From the NCBI GenBank assembly GCA_002720855.1, contig PBIN01000014.1, forward strand, positions 393,619-457,618: DNA of 64,000 bases, in the 5' to 3' direction. The notes under the pieces were generated by a model. That model made no database searches, was not told the DNA's origin, and worked only from the letters and a program-made list of their open reading frames with translations. Shown here piece by piece: positions 49,992 to 59,082 of the stretch. Both the position numbers and the translations under genes were made by a program. Each line of letters starts with the position of its first letter. The stretch's first letter is position 1. The stretch is from Rhodospirillaceae bacterium. Its GTDB lineage: Bacteria; Pseudomonadota; Alphaproteobacteria; MPNO01; UBA2964.

Positions 49992-50815
49992 GTTTGCGGC
50001 TTCTTTCCAAATAATGCGATAGCGGCTGCGAGATAATCTGCCGATCTTTCTCTCGGCAGGTTGTGGCCACAACTGCCCAGCAAATAGACATCCGCGTTTG
50101 GGAGTGACGGTGCCAGTGCCATCGTAGTTTCACCCGCTGGGCAGGGTTGATCATCGCGACCGTGCAACATCACAATTTGGGCATTGATAGCAGAAAGCTC
50201 CTCTTCCGATAACACACCCTGATCGAGGTACTTCTGGCGGGGCGGATCAAACATCGTTCCAAAATAATCAGCATAGCCTTCTGACTGCAGTAGCTCCCAC
50301 CGTTGATCGATCATATCTTCAGTAAGCGCTGCCGGATTGCCAACCATTTTTTCCATACCGCTTCGCAAAGAGTCTTTGCTATCCGGCAAAGTCCAGAACC
50401 CATCGAGAGCCGCATTCAATGGGTATTGGGACCCGACGGTACTTGATGTCAAAATACGCTGTATGCGATCACAACGGCTCGCCGTTTTGAGCGACAACGC
50501 GCCCCCCATAGAATGTCCAGCGATGCCGCATGGTCCGGTCGGAAGGATTTCATCAATTAGGGCAACCGCCTGATCCACCCACAACTCGACATCAAAATAT
50601 GGTGGTGCCTTTTTTCGTCCAGAGTCGCCAAATCCGATGAGGTCGGCGGCAAATATATGACAATGCTCGGCGAGCGGTTCCAGTACCGGGCCGAAATTGC
50701 CCATTATTGATGTGCCCGGACCCACGCCGTGCAGTATAAGAACAGGAAAGCCTTCGCCACCTTCCCAATAATGCACTTCGTGGCCAGCGGCTTGTGCTTT
50801 TCGACTTTGCAGCAT
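49988..50815 (-). CDS. alpha/beta hydrolase, meta-cleavage-product-hydrolase-like
   Basis: GHSMGG nucleophile elbow; LHGRDD...GH catalytic triad region. Confidence 0.75.
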   Translation of the reverse strand: MLQSRKAQAAGHEVHYWEGGEGFPVLILHGVGPGTSIMGNFGPVLEPLAEHCHIFAADLIGFGDSGRKKAPPYFDVELWVDQAVALIDEILPTGPCGIAGHSMGGALSLKTASRCDRIQRILTSSTVGSQYPLNAALDGFWTLPDSKDSLRSGMEKMVGNPAALTEDMIDQRWELLQSEGYADYFGTMFDPPRQKYLDQGVLSEEELSAINAQIVMLHGRDDQPCPAGETTMALAPSLPNADVYLLGSCGHNLPRERSADYLAAAIALFGKKPQT

Positions 50816-50878
50816 GCTAAGTTCCCTGTTTTCCAGGTATCAAACTTGGCCGTGACGCATTGGTTTGGCAAGTGGCGT

Positions 50879-52750
50879 TTAAGCGGTGGCCCTTTCGCCG
50901 TCGAGGACAATTGTTCGTTCAGGTGGGAAGGTTAGGGTTGCGGTTGTGCCAACGCCCGCTTCGCTCTCAAGGGAGAGTGTACCACCGTGCAAATCGATAA
51001 ACGATTTTACGAGGGGCAAACCGAGGCCTGTCCCCTCGTGAACGCGCATTAAAGAGCCATCGACTTGCTGAAAAGTCTGGAGCGCGAGTTGTAATCCTTC
51101 TTCATCCATACCGACGCCTGTGTCCGAAACGGCGATGCTGATGGTGTGGGTGTTTTTGCAGGCGAGGGCTTCAATTCTTACTGAACCCCCATCCTCAGTG
51201 AACTTGATGGCATTTGACAAAAGGTTAGTGACCATTTGTTTCAGCATACGATTGTCAGCCGATAACATGATTCCATTGATTTGAGTGCTGCAGCTCAGGT
51301 CTATATTTTTTTGATCGGCGCGTTCCCGCATCAAGGTCAATAAATCACCTATGATCCCTTCCACGGAGCTCCGTTCCTCTTGGATTTCCTTACGCCCCGC
51401 TTCGATTTTGGCAAGGTCGAGGATGTCATTGATTATGCTAAGGAGGTGATTGCCGCTATTATGAATATCACCTGCATATTCGATATATCTGGAACTTCCC
51501 AATGGTCCGAACATTTGCGACACGAAGGCACTTGAGAAACCGATAATCGCATTCAGCGGTGTTTTAAGTTCGTGACTCATATTCGCGAGAAACTCTGACT
51601 TCGCTTTGTTGGCACCGATTAATTCAGCGTTCTGAATCTCAAGTTTCTTTTGTGTTGCGCGTAGTTCTGAAATGTCCGTAATGCTTGCGTAGTAGCGAAT
51701 AGGCGATTTGGAGGTTTTTGTAAGGCGTGCAGCGTTAACCACAACAGCGGTGCGATTGCCATTCTTCCCAATCATCTGAGCTTCGCGCGAATAGGCGTCA
51801 GCGATCATGCTTTCCGGCAACGAAACGGAGACCTCGTGGTTGTCGAACTCAAACCTTGGGAGATGTTCCTGACGCATTTCTTTTGTAGAAACGAAGCCGG
51901 TGAGTTTCACGCAGGCTTTGTTGGCATACAAAATGTTTCCGTCCTCGTCATAGGCAAGGATGGCGTCGGTCGCTTGATTGGCCATCGCGGACATTGCCTT
52001 TAGTGTATCCCGATAGGAGGTTCCAACATGATGTAAAAGGCTGTTAGTTGCCTCAACGACATCGTGCAATTCATCCTGAAATCTGTTCTCCAGAACATAT
52101 CGATCGACATGATCGGGATCCGCATAAGCGGCGATCAAATTTTCACGAAGTTTGATGACGGGGGCGAGAATCAGGTTCCCGACGATAATCATCGTTGCTA
52201 AACAGACGACCGCCGAAATCAGCAAAACGAGCCCTAAAATCCGCCACACAAATGCCACCAATTCTTCGGAAACCATGCTCGCATCGAGTCTGGCGATCAT
52301 CGAGTACGGCGCTCTCAGCGCGTCGGAGGTCAAAGAAATGTCGTACCATTTTTTGTTTTGGCTACGGTGATGAACTTTAGAATTTTGTGCAATTGCTTCC
52401 TTCGTTAAAGCCGGTCTCATACCAAAGGACGCGATCTCCTTAAGATGAGGAGCATAAAGAATAACGCCGGCAATTACCTTCTGGCTGACAAGTATGCGAC
52501 CCAGCAACTTCAGATCCGAGACGCTGGCGTGAGACGATTTTAAGAATGTTGCCGAGAGCGCGGCTTGCGCCGAGCTCTCCAGGCTCTTGAGGAGATCCCG
52601 TTCGTAGTTTCTGTACGAAGGTATGAGAATTGCCGCTTCGACGACAATGATTGCCAAAAACACGTATAGGCCGATTCGACGGCAGAGCCGATATCCAAAA
52701 GCGATTTTTGCTGCTGAAGTTATCGTTCGCATGCCACGCATATGGGTCAA
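50879..52750 (-). CDS. PAS-domain sensor histidine kinase
   Basis: Two N-terminal TM segments, a PAS-like region, the H-box MSHELKTPLNAIIGF, and G1/G2 ATPase motifs (DTGVGM, GTGLGL). There is no receiver domain. Confidence 0.8.
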   Translation of the reverse strand: MTHMRGMRTITSAAKIAFGYRLCRRIGLYVFLAIIVVEAAILIPSYRNYERDLLKSLESSAQAALSATFLKSSHASVSDLKLLGRILVSQKVIAGVILYAPHLKEIASFGMRPALTKEAIAQNSKVHHRSQNKKWYDISLTSDALRAPYSMIARLDASMVSEELVAFVWRILGLVLLISAVVCLATMIIVGNLILAPVIKLRENLIAAYADPDHVDRYVLENRFQDELHDVVEATNSLLHHVGTSYRDTLKAMSAMANQATDAILAYDEDGNILYANKACVKLTGFVSTKEMRQEHLPRFEFDNHEVSVSLPESMIADAYSREAQMIGKNGNRTAVVVNAARLTKTSKSPIRYYASITDISELRATQKKLEIQNAELIGANKAKSEFLANMSHELKTPLNAIIGFSSAFVSQMFGPLGSSRYIEYAGDIHNSGNHLLSIINDILDLAKIEAGRKEIQEERSSVEGIIGDLLTLMRERADQKNIDLSCSTQINGIMLSADNRMLKQMVTNLLSNAIKFTEDGGSVRIEALACKNTHTISIAVSDTGVGMDEEGLQLALQTFQQVDGSLMRVHEGTGLGLPLVKSFIDLHGGTLSLESEAGVGTTATLTFPPERTIVLDGERATA

Positions 52751-52929
52751 CGCCTTGGAACTTTAATCCGCAAAATTAAAGCGGAATTTTCCGTGTCTAA
52801 GGTTAACGAATCTTGAATATGCAGCGTCACGGGGTCGTGATTGAATCTTGCCGCGTAGTTTTCGGTAGCGCCCGCTATACGGCGACCGCTCCAACCGCAA
52901 TAATGTCTGATACCGATTGAGGAGGTATC

Positions 52930-53142
52930 ATGGAATTCGGTGTCTTCGATCATCTTGATCGCGGCAACATACCGCTTGAAGCGTACTACGAGGCTCGTCT
53001 GCGTATCATCGAATTATACGATCGCGCCGGGTTCTACGGTTATCACGTTGCGGAACATCATGGGACGCCACTCGGTATATCTCCCGAGAAGGTGGTGGCT
53101 TCCGTTCTCCTGTTTATCAACGAGATCGAGCTAGCTGTATGA
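52930..53142 (+). pseudogene. N-terminal remnant (70 codons) of a luciferase-like (LLM class) flavin monooxygenase
   Basis: MEFGVFDHL...YYEARLRIIELYDRAGFYGYHVAEHHGTPLG resembles LLM N-termini (about 330 aa expected). The frame terminates after 70 codons. The remaining space is occupied by an opposite-strand gene. Confidence 0.4.
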
Positions 53143-53151
53143 AATTGAGGT

Positions 53152-53577
53152 CTAGTCGAACAGTTGAGCACCTTCCAGCGCAGCGACTCCGACTTTCGCA
53201 ACTTCCAAATCTTGTGCACCGGTCCCAGAGCCGACACCAATGCCGCCAACAACATGACCATCGACGATCAAAGGCAGGCCGCCGGGCAGATTGACACGCT
53301 GACCGTCAGTGACAATGGCGAGCTTCATATCGACCCCTTCCGGAATATCCCCTGTTGGGATGCCGTAGGTGGCCGCCGTCTCCGCTTTACGGCGTGACGA
53401 GATATTGGACATGGCAAACGCGCCATCCATGCGGCAGAAGGCCACCAGATTCCCGCCAGCGTCTACAACCGAAATGCATTGTGGTACGCCCATATCCTGT
53501 GCCTTGCCCATCGCCGCTTGCAGGACCTTCATAGCGCCGTCGCTGGTTAATTTGAGTGTTGGGGCGGTGTCTGCCAT
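53152..53577 (-). CDS. GlcG / HbpS-like (DUF336) heme-binding protein
   Basis: ISVVDAGGNLVAF...LIVDGHVVGGIGVGSGTGAQD pattern. Confidence 0.7.
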   Translation of the reverse strand: MADTAPTLKLTSDGAMKVLQAAMGKAQDMGVPQCISVVDAGGNLVAFCRMDGAFAMSNISSRRKAETAATYGIPTGDIPEGVDMKLAIVTDGQRVNLPGGLPLIVDGHVVGGIGVGSGTGAQDLEVAKVGVAALEGAQLFD

Positions 53578-53654
53578 CTTTATCTCCGTAACGGTTAAAC
53601 TGACCGCATTAATGCGACCATCGATTTACAAGATTTACAGGAGCAACGCTCAGA

Positions 53655-54632
53655 ATGGAACTGCGGCGCTTTGGTCGAACTGAACTTCAAATTTCCGAAC
53701 TCGCTTTCGGCGGTGGACGCTCCGGCGGAATTTTAATCGACGCCGATGACGAAACACGCCGAGCAGCCGTGCGGCGGGCGCTTGATCTTGGAGTAAATTG
53801 GTTTGATACGGCACCGCAATATGGCGATGGCAAATCCGAAGAGGCGCTCGGCTGGTTGTTGGCGGAGGTGGCGGAGACTCCGTTTGTTTCCACGAAAGTC
53901 CGGATTGATATCGAGTCCTCCGAAAGCCTCGTGAGCCAGGTTGAGCGGAGTTTTGCTGCTAGTCTTGAACGCCTGGCACGCGATTCCGTCCATCTCCTCC
54001 AAATTCATAGTCTGATCGCGCCGGAGGCATCCGGCCGTACAATTTCCCCTGACCATGTACTTCGCGCAGGTGGCATGGCAGACGGTATGGAAAAATTACG
54101 GGATCAGGGCATGATCAAGTTTCTGGGGCTGACCGCCCTGGGAGACAATGGGGCTACTATTGAAGTAATCAATAGTGGCCGGTTTGATGCCGCTCAGATC
54201 TATTACAATATGATCAATCCGTCGTCGGACTGGGGTGCGCCTAAACGTGGATGGACAGGTTACGACGGCAGTGGTGTCATCAACGCCTGTCGGGATCAGG
54301 ATATGGGCGTAATGGCGATCCGGATTTTTGCGGCTAGCTATCTCGCCACCTCGACCCGTACGGGCCGGGAGAGCATTTTGACAGAGAATACCAACGCCGA
54401 AACGGAAGAGAGAAATGCTGACGCGGTGTTTGCCGCGCTCGGTGATGCTCATGGAACAAGGGCGCAATCAGCGGTAAGGTTTGTGCTAAGCAATAAAGAT
54501 GTTTCCACCGCCATTATCGGTTTATCGGAGACAGCTTATCTTGATGAAGCATTCAAGGGTGCGGCAATGGGGCCTTTGCCGGATGAAGTGCTTTTTCAAC
54601 TTGATCAGCTTTGCGAGGCGGGATTTGAATAG
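53655..54632 (+). CDS. aldo/keto reductase
   Basis: RRFGRTELQISELAFGG N-terminus with an AKR (beta/alpha)8 signature. Confidence 0.85.
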   Translation: MELRRFGRTELQISELAFGGGRSGGILIDADDETRRAAVRRALDLGVNWFDTAPQYGDGKSEEALGWLLAEVAETPFVSTKVRIDIESSESLVSQVERSFAASLERLARDSVHLLQIHSLIAPEASGRTISPDHVLRAGGMADGMEKLRDQGMIKFLGLTALGDNGATIEVINSGRFDAAQIYYNMINPSSDWGAPKRGWTGYDGSGVINACRDQDMGVMAIRIFAASYLATSTRTGRESILTENTNAETEERNADAVFAALGDAHGTRAQSAVRFVLSNKDVSTAIIGLSETAYLDEAFKGAAMGPLPDEVLFQLDQLCEAGFE

Positions 54633-55067
54633 ATGTCTGAGGTGGATTTAACCGACCGTTCAGTTTACGCGACCTGGACTCAGGATATCGTGCGGTATCG
54701 AGATCTCGATCCCAACGGCCATGTCAATAACGGTGCCATCAATCAGTACTTTGAGGATGGAAGAATTCACCTCCGTGATGAGCGGATGGTTGGGTTGGAC
54801 GAAAATCTCTTAAGAGGATTTGCGATCAAAAAATTCACGGCGACGTATCACGCCGCACTTTCTTATCCGGCAACTGTTGATATTGGTACCGTCGTCCTTC
54901 GGATTGGAAACTCTTCCTTTGTATTGGGGCAAGGCGTCTTCAATAACGATCTCTGTATCGCAACCGCAGATGTGATTTCTGTATTTTTCGATTCTGAGAC
55001 TGGTAAATCCAAAGCGCTCCCCGACCCAGTTCGGAATGCTTTGGTTTCTGCTGAAGTCAAGAAATGA
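54633..55067 (+). CDS. hotdog-fold thioesterase
   Basis: DLDPNGHVNNGAINQYFEDGR motif. It starts 1 nt after the AKR stop. Confidence 0.7.
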   Translation: MSEVDLTDRSVYATWTQDIVRYRDLDPNGHVNNGAINQYFEDGRIHLRDERMVGLDENLLRGFAIKKFTATYHAALSYPATVDIGTVVLRIGNSSFVLGQGVFNNDLCIATADVISVFFDSETGKSKALPDPVRNALVSAEVKK

Positions 55068-55996
55068 CGTCGGGGATGACAGAGGTTTCGGTTACGGCCG
55101 GTTTTGCCAAAACTACCCCGGCCCTTTGGGTGGACCGAATTATTCCAATAGAGCCGACAGAGAAACCGCCACTTGTGTTGGTGCATGGCGGCGGCCACAC
55201 CGGTAGTTGCTATCTTCGAAAGCCCAATGGTGACGATGGATGGGCGCAGCGCTTTGCGGCATTGGGGTTCCCAGTACATGTTGTGGACTGGCCGGGGATG
55301 GGACGCAGTGGGCGCGTTGAATACGCTGACCTTACTGGCGAACTAGTTTGCGATACATTGGGTGCCTTTATCGAAACCCTGCCTGAACCCTGCGTGTTAC
55401 TGACACATTCAATGTCCGGGGCCTATGGTTGGCGCCTTGTCCAAAATTTTGGGCGGCGCATCCGTGCCGTTATTGGTGTGGCGCCATCGCCGCCCGGCAA
55501 TATTCAAAATGAACCGGAGATACTCGATGAGGGAGAAGGCTTTGTCGTTATAAGACGCGGTGCGTTTGACAGGCGCGTTGATCTTAACGAACCAACGCCC
55601 TTTAACGACTATCTGGTCGAGAACAAGATTATTGGGAATGGCGACAAATTTCCGAGGCTGTTTGTTGAGGCCTACAAGACGACCCTGACGGGAACGCCGC
55701 CACGACTTGCCTATGAACGCGGTAATATCAGTGGCAGCCAGCTTAAAATCACCAACACAGCGCCTTTCACCAACAAACCGATCTTGGTCGTTACCGCTGA
55801 TCATGATCTCGACCACACGCGAGAAATCGATGGCGCCATTGTGGATTGGTTGTCCGAAATCGGCGCTGATGCTGCGTTTTGTTATTTGCCTGATCGCGGC
55901 ATAGCCGGCAACGGACACATGATGATGCTTGAGGAAAACAGCAATGAGATTGCGGATTTGATTGCTGATTGGATTGACACGGCGATCACCAATTAA
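55064..55996 (+). CDS. alpha/beta hydrolase
   Basis: LVLVHGGGHTG...THSMSGAYGW nucleophile elbow. There is a 4-nt overlap with the upstream gene. Confidence 0.7.
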   Translation: MTSGMTEVSVTAGFAKTTPALWVDRIIPIEPTEKPPLVLVHGGGHTGSCYLRKPNGDDGWAQRFAALGFPVHVVDWPGMGRSGRVEYADLTGELVCDTLGAFIETLPEPCVLLTHSMSGAYGWRLVQNFGRRIRAVIGVAPSPPGNIQNEPEILDEGEGFVVIRRGAFDRRVDLNEPTPFNDYLVENKIIGNGDKFPRLFVEAYKTTLTGTPPRLAYERGNISGSQLKITNTAPFTNKPILVVTADHDLDHTREIDGAIVDWLSEIGADAAFCYLPDRGIAGNGHMMMLEENSNEIADLIADWIDTAITN

Positions 55997-56024
55997 GTGA
56001 TGGAGGTGCGCCGCATTCCCGCAT

Positions 56025-56840
56025 TTGGTACAAATCGATAAAAGATGTTTAGCCAGGGAGAGAGACGTGCCGACAGCCAACTATCCGAGCCTAAAGGACC
56101 GCGTAGTGATCATTACGGGCGGCGGCCAGGCGCTGGGCCGTACCTACGCGCATGAATTTGCCGCGCAAGGGGCGATTCCGGTAATCGCCGAACTGAGTGC
56201 TGAAAGTGGAGAGCGCGTTGTTAAAGAGATCGAGCAAAAGGGCGGCAGGGCACTATCTGTGCAAACCGATGTCTCAAGCGAGGCAGATGCGAAAGCCATG
56301 GCAGAGGCCGCGCTGTCCGCCTACGGCCGGATCGATTGCTTGATCAACAATGCTGCTGTCTTTTCACAGATAACCATCGCACCTTTCTGGGAACTGCCAG
56401 TTGAAGAATGGCAATCAGCAATGAGGGTTAATATCGATGGCGCGTTCTTTTGTTCTAGGGCGGTCGTGCCGGCAATGCAGGAAGGTAAGTGGGGACGGAT
56501 TATCAATGTCGCTTCGACGACCGTGCCCACCGGGCGGCCTAATTACCTGCATTATATAACGTCAAAATCGGCGATGATCGGCATGACGCGGTCTATGGCG
56601 CGCGAGCTTGGCGAATGGAATATCACCGTGCATCTGTTTATGCCGGGTGCTGTCGAAACCGAAGTAGAGCGCCCGTCAGTTTCAGGGGCGATGTTTGAGA
56701 CATTGGCAAAACAGCAGGCCATACAGCGGCCGGCAACGATGGATGAATACGCCGGCTTTATGTTGTTCCTGTGCTCCGACGACGCAGAGTTCACTACGGG
56801 TCAGACGTTTGCTGCCAACGGCGGGATTGCTTTCCCCTAA
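56025..56840 (+). CDS. SDR-family oxidoreductase
   Basis: VVIITGGGQALG cofactor motif and the YxxxK catalytic pair (YITSK). Confidence 0.85.
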   Translation: MVQIDKRCLARERDVPTANYPSLKDRVVIITGGGQALGRTYAHEFAAQGAIPVIAELSAESGERVVKEIEQKGGRALSVQTDVSSEADAKAMAEAALSAYGRIDCLINNAAVFSQITIAPFWELPVEEWQSAMRVNIDGAFFCSRAVVPAMQEGKWGRIINVASTTVPTGRPNYLHYITSKSAMIGMTRSMARELGEWNITVHLFMPGAVETEVERPSVSGAMFETLAKQQAIQRPATMDEYAGFMLFLCSDDAEFTTGQTFAANGGIAFP

Positions 56841-57049
56841 CCGTTCTTCGGCCCCATGCTGGATTCGATCTGAACCTGTTCTTGCAGGGTTTCAATCGTA
56901 ATATCAATTTGCGTGCGAAGTTTTGTGAGCCAGTCGATCACTTCCTTGAAGTCTTCTTCGGAATATTCCTCCTTGAAGACCTCATTTTCCATCATGAGCT
57001 TGGCCAGAATTTCGACGAATTTGAGTTGGTCGGGATCGAGAGGTTGCAC
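56837..57049 (-). CDS. hypothetical small acidic protein, 70 aa
   Basis: ORF only. It is highly helical and acidic. It is convergent with the SDR gene and overlaps it by 4 nt. Confidence 0.3.
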   Translation of the reverse strand: MQPLDPDQLKFVEILAKLMMENEVFKEEYSEEDFKEVIDWLTKLRTQIDITIETLQEQVQIESSMGPKNG

Positions 57050-57179
57050 GGTGATTTCCTTTCGCGCTGTGATGAAAGGGAGTTAGCTCAGCTTAGCGCG
57101 GCCCGCAACCCGTTCGCTTGATTTTGTCCAAGGTGCAACGACGCAATCATCATGCTAAACAGCGTGCCGCGTTTAGGAG

Positions 57180-57959
57180 ATGATTGTGGAAGCGTTTATA
57201 GCGTTTTTGATTGAAGGGACGACCCTGACAGTAGCCGGTTTCGCGACCCTTTGTGGTGTTTCGTTCTTTGGCAGTTTTATAGCGGCTTCCCTAGGGCTTG
57301 GTGGCGGTGTTCTCGTGCTTGCAACAATGACCCTGTTCTTGCCGCCGACGGTGTTGATACCGATTCACGCCGTGGTTCAAATTGGGTCCAACGGCTTTCG
57401 CGCTTTTTTGTTGCGGCGCGATATTTTTTATTCCGTGATTCCGGCGTTTGCCGTTGGGACACTTGTTGGATCTTTTATCGGTGGCAAAACCCTCGTGGCG
57501 CTTGAGATTTGGGTTTTACAGGCGATCCTTGGGATATTCGTTCTCTATGCGACATGGGCACCAAAATTTAAGAGCTCGAACCCAGGGCCGGCGAAGTTTT
57601 TTGGCTGCGGCGTGTTTGGCGGTTTTGTGACGATGTTTGTAGGTGGCACCGGGCCTTTGGTCGCACCCTTGGTCAATGCTGCCTGTAAGGAGCGTCAACA
57701 GGTCGTTTCCACGCACGCGGTACTCATGACCTTCCAGCATAGTTTTAAGATCATTATTTTTGGCATACTGGGTTTTGCCTTTGGGCCGTATATCCCCTTG
57801 CTCGTTGGTTTGATCGGGTTTGGTGTATGCGGAACTCTTGTCGGCAAACAGGTCCTCGACAGGTTGCCTGAACGCGCGTTCCGGATTGGCCTGCAGACCA
57901 TCTTAACGTTATTGGCTCTAAGACTCCTCTACACGGCGGCGATGACGTATTTCGGCTAG
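57180..57959 (+). CDS. TauE/SafE-family sulfite/anion exporter
   Basis: Multi-pass membrane protein with two-fold repeat organisation. AGGAG lies upstream; the start is ATG at 57180 or GTG at 57186. Confidence 0.7.
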   Translation: MIVEAFIAFLIEGTTLTVAGFATLCGVSFFGSFIAASLGLGGGVLVLATMTLFLPPTVLIPIHAVVQIGSNGFRAFLLRRDIFYSVIPAFAVGTLVGSFIGGKTLVALEIWVLQAILGIFVLYATWAPKFKSSNPGPAKFFGCGVFGGFVTMFVGGTGPLVAPLVNAACKERQQVVSTHAVLMTFQHSFKIIIFGILGFAFGPYIPLLVGLIGFGVCGTLVGKQVLDRLPERAFRIGLQTILTLLALRLLYTAAMTYFG

Positions 57960-59026
57960 GTTTCCTTAGCGCGTCGGCGCTGAACCCACGTTGCGGCAAG
58001 GTAAATATATTGGGTTCCCATATTCACGACGATGATCCGGAACAGGTGAAACGCCATAACCATGGGCACTGCCATCTGCAGTGCTTGAGCAACAACGGCC
58101 ATTTCCGCCATACCACCGGGTGCCGTTGCAATAATCATCGTCGCAATTGGCAGGTCGAAAGCCCACGCCACGCTGATTGCGACGGCGACTGACGCGAGAA
58201 TGATGAAGACAGCATTTACCAGAGCGAAAGGTATAAAAAGTTTATGACGCGCAAAAAATGCGCGCTCGTAACGCTCTCCCAATATCAATCCAAATAAAAG
58301 CTGCGCGAAATCGATGAGCCAGCCCGGAACCTCGGACAGGGTAAAGCCGTTCAGAGCGAGAATCATACCGAGAAAAAGCGGCGTTAGCAGACAACCGTTG
58401 TGAAATCGCAAGCGTTCGGATAGTTCGCCGAGTATCAACCCGACCGCTAACCACGGAATGAGAATGGTGTAATTGAGCGCGAATTCCGGTCGATAGGCGG
58501 AGGGTTCGATCGGAATGCCGCCATAGGTGATTCCGAAGGGAATGACGATCACGAGGATAGAAACCCTTAAACTATGAGCGACAGCAACCGGCGGCATCGT
58601 AGCGCCATATTTTTCTGCAAGGTTGGCCATAGCCATTGAGCCGCCCGGGATAGACGAAAAGAAGGCTGATTTGCCATCGACGCCGGAAACACGCGACATC
58701 ACGACGGCGCCGATTCCGCCAATAACGAATGCCGAGAGTGTTGTTATTAGAATTGCCAAAGAGTTGGAGGCGATGGCCGCAATGACGGTAGGTGTGAAAT
58801 ATACGCCAATTGCTGAGCCCAGAATGACCTGACCGACCTGCCGGCCATAGGGCAGCGCAAACGCGCGAATACCGAGTAAATTAAGCGTCGCAACGGCCAC
58901 CATGGGACCGATCAACCACGGGATCGGCGTATCCAGCCATCTCAACAGAGCACCGGCAGGAATACTCACAGCAAGGGCGAGCGCCATTCGCGGCAGGCGT
59001 TGTATAAAGGTATCTAAAAAACTCAT
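57956..59026 (-). CDS. AbrB-family duplicated membrane protein (putative permease)
   Basis: 356 aa, entirely hydrophobic, with an internal repeat typical of PF05145. Confidence 0.65.
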   Translation of the reverse strand: MSFLDTFIQRLPRMALALAVSIPAGALLRWLDTPIPWLIGPMVAVATLNLLGIRAFALPYGRQVGQVILGSAIGVYFTPTVIAAIASNSLAILITTLSAFVIGGIGAVVMSRVSGVDGKSAFFSSIPGGSMAMANLAEKYGATMPPVAVAHSLRVSILVIVIPFGITYGGIPIEPSAYRPEFALNYTILIPWLAVGLILGELSERLRFHNGCLLTPLFLGMILALNGFTLSEVPGWLIDFAQLLFGLILGERYERAFFARHKLFIPFALVNAVFIILASVAVAISVAWAFDLPIATMIIATAPGGMAEMAVVAQALQMAVPMVMAFHLFRIIVVNMGTQYIYLAATWVQRRRAKET

Positions 59027-59082
59027 TTAAGGGTGAACCGGTACTGAATCCAGACGGGTGTTTATTATATTCTTTAAATTCG

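Noticed and set aside
46910-50000. Integrated prophage or ICE at tRNA-Leu.
   Set aside because: There are no integrase, excisionase, phage-structural or conjugation genes. No direct repeat of the tRNA 3' end is evident by eye.
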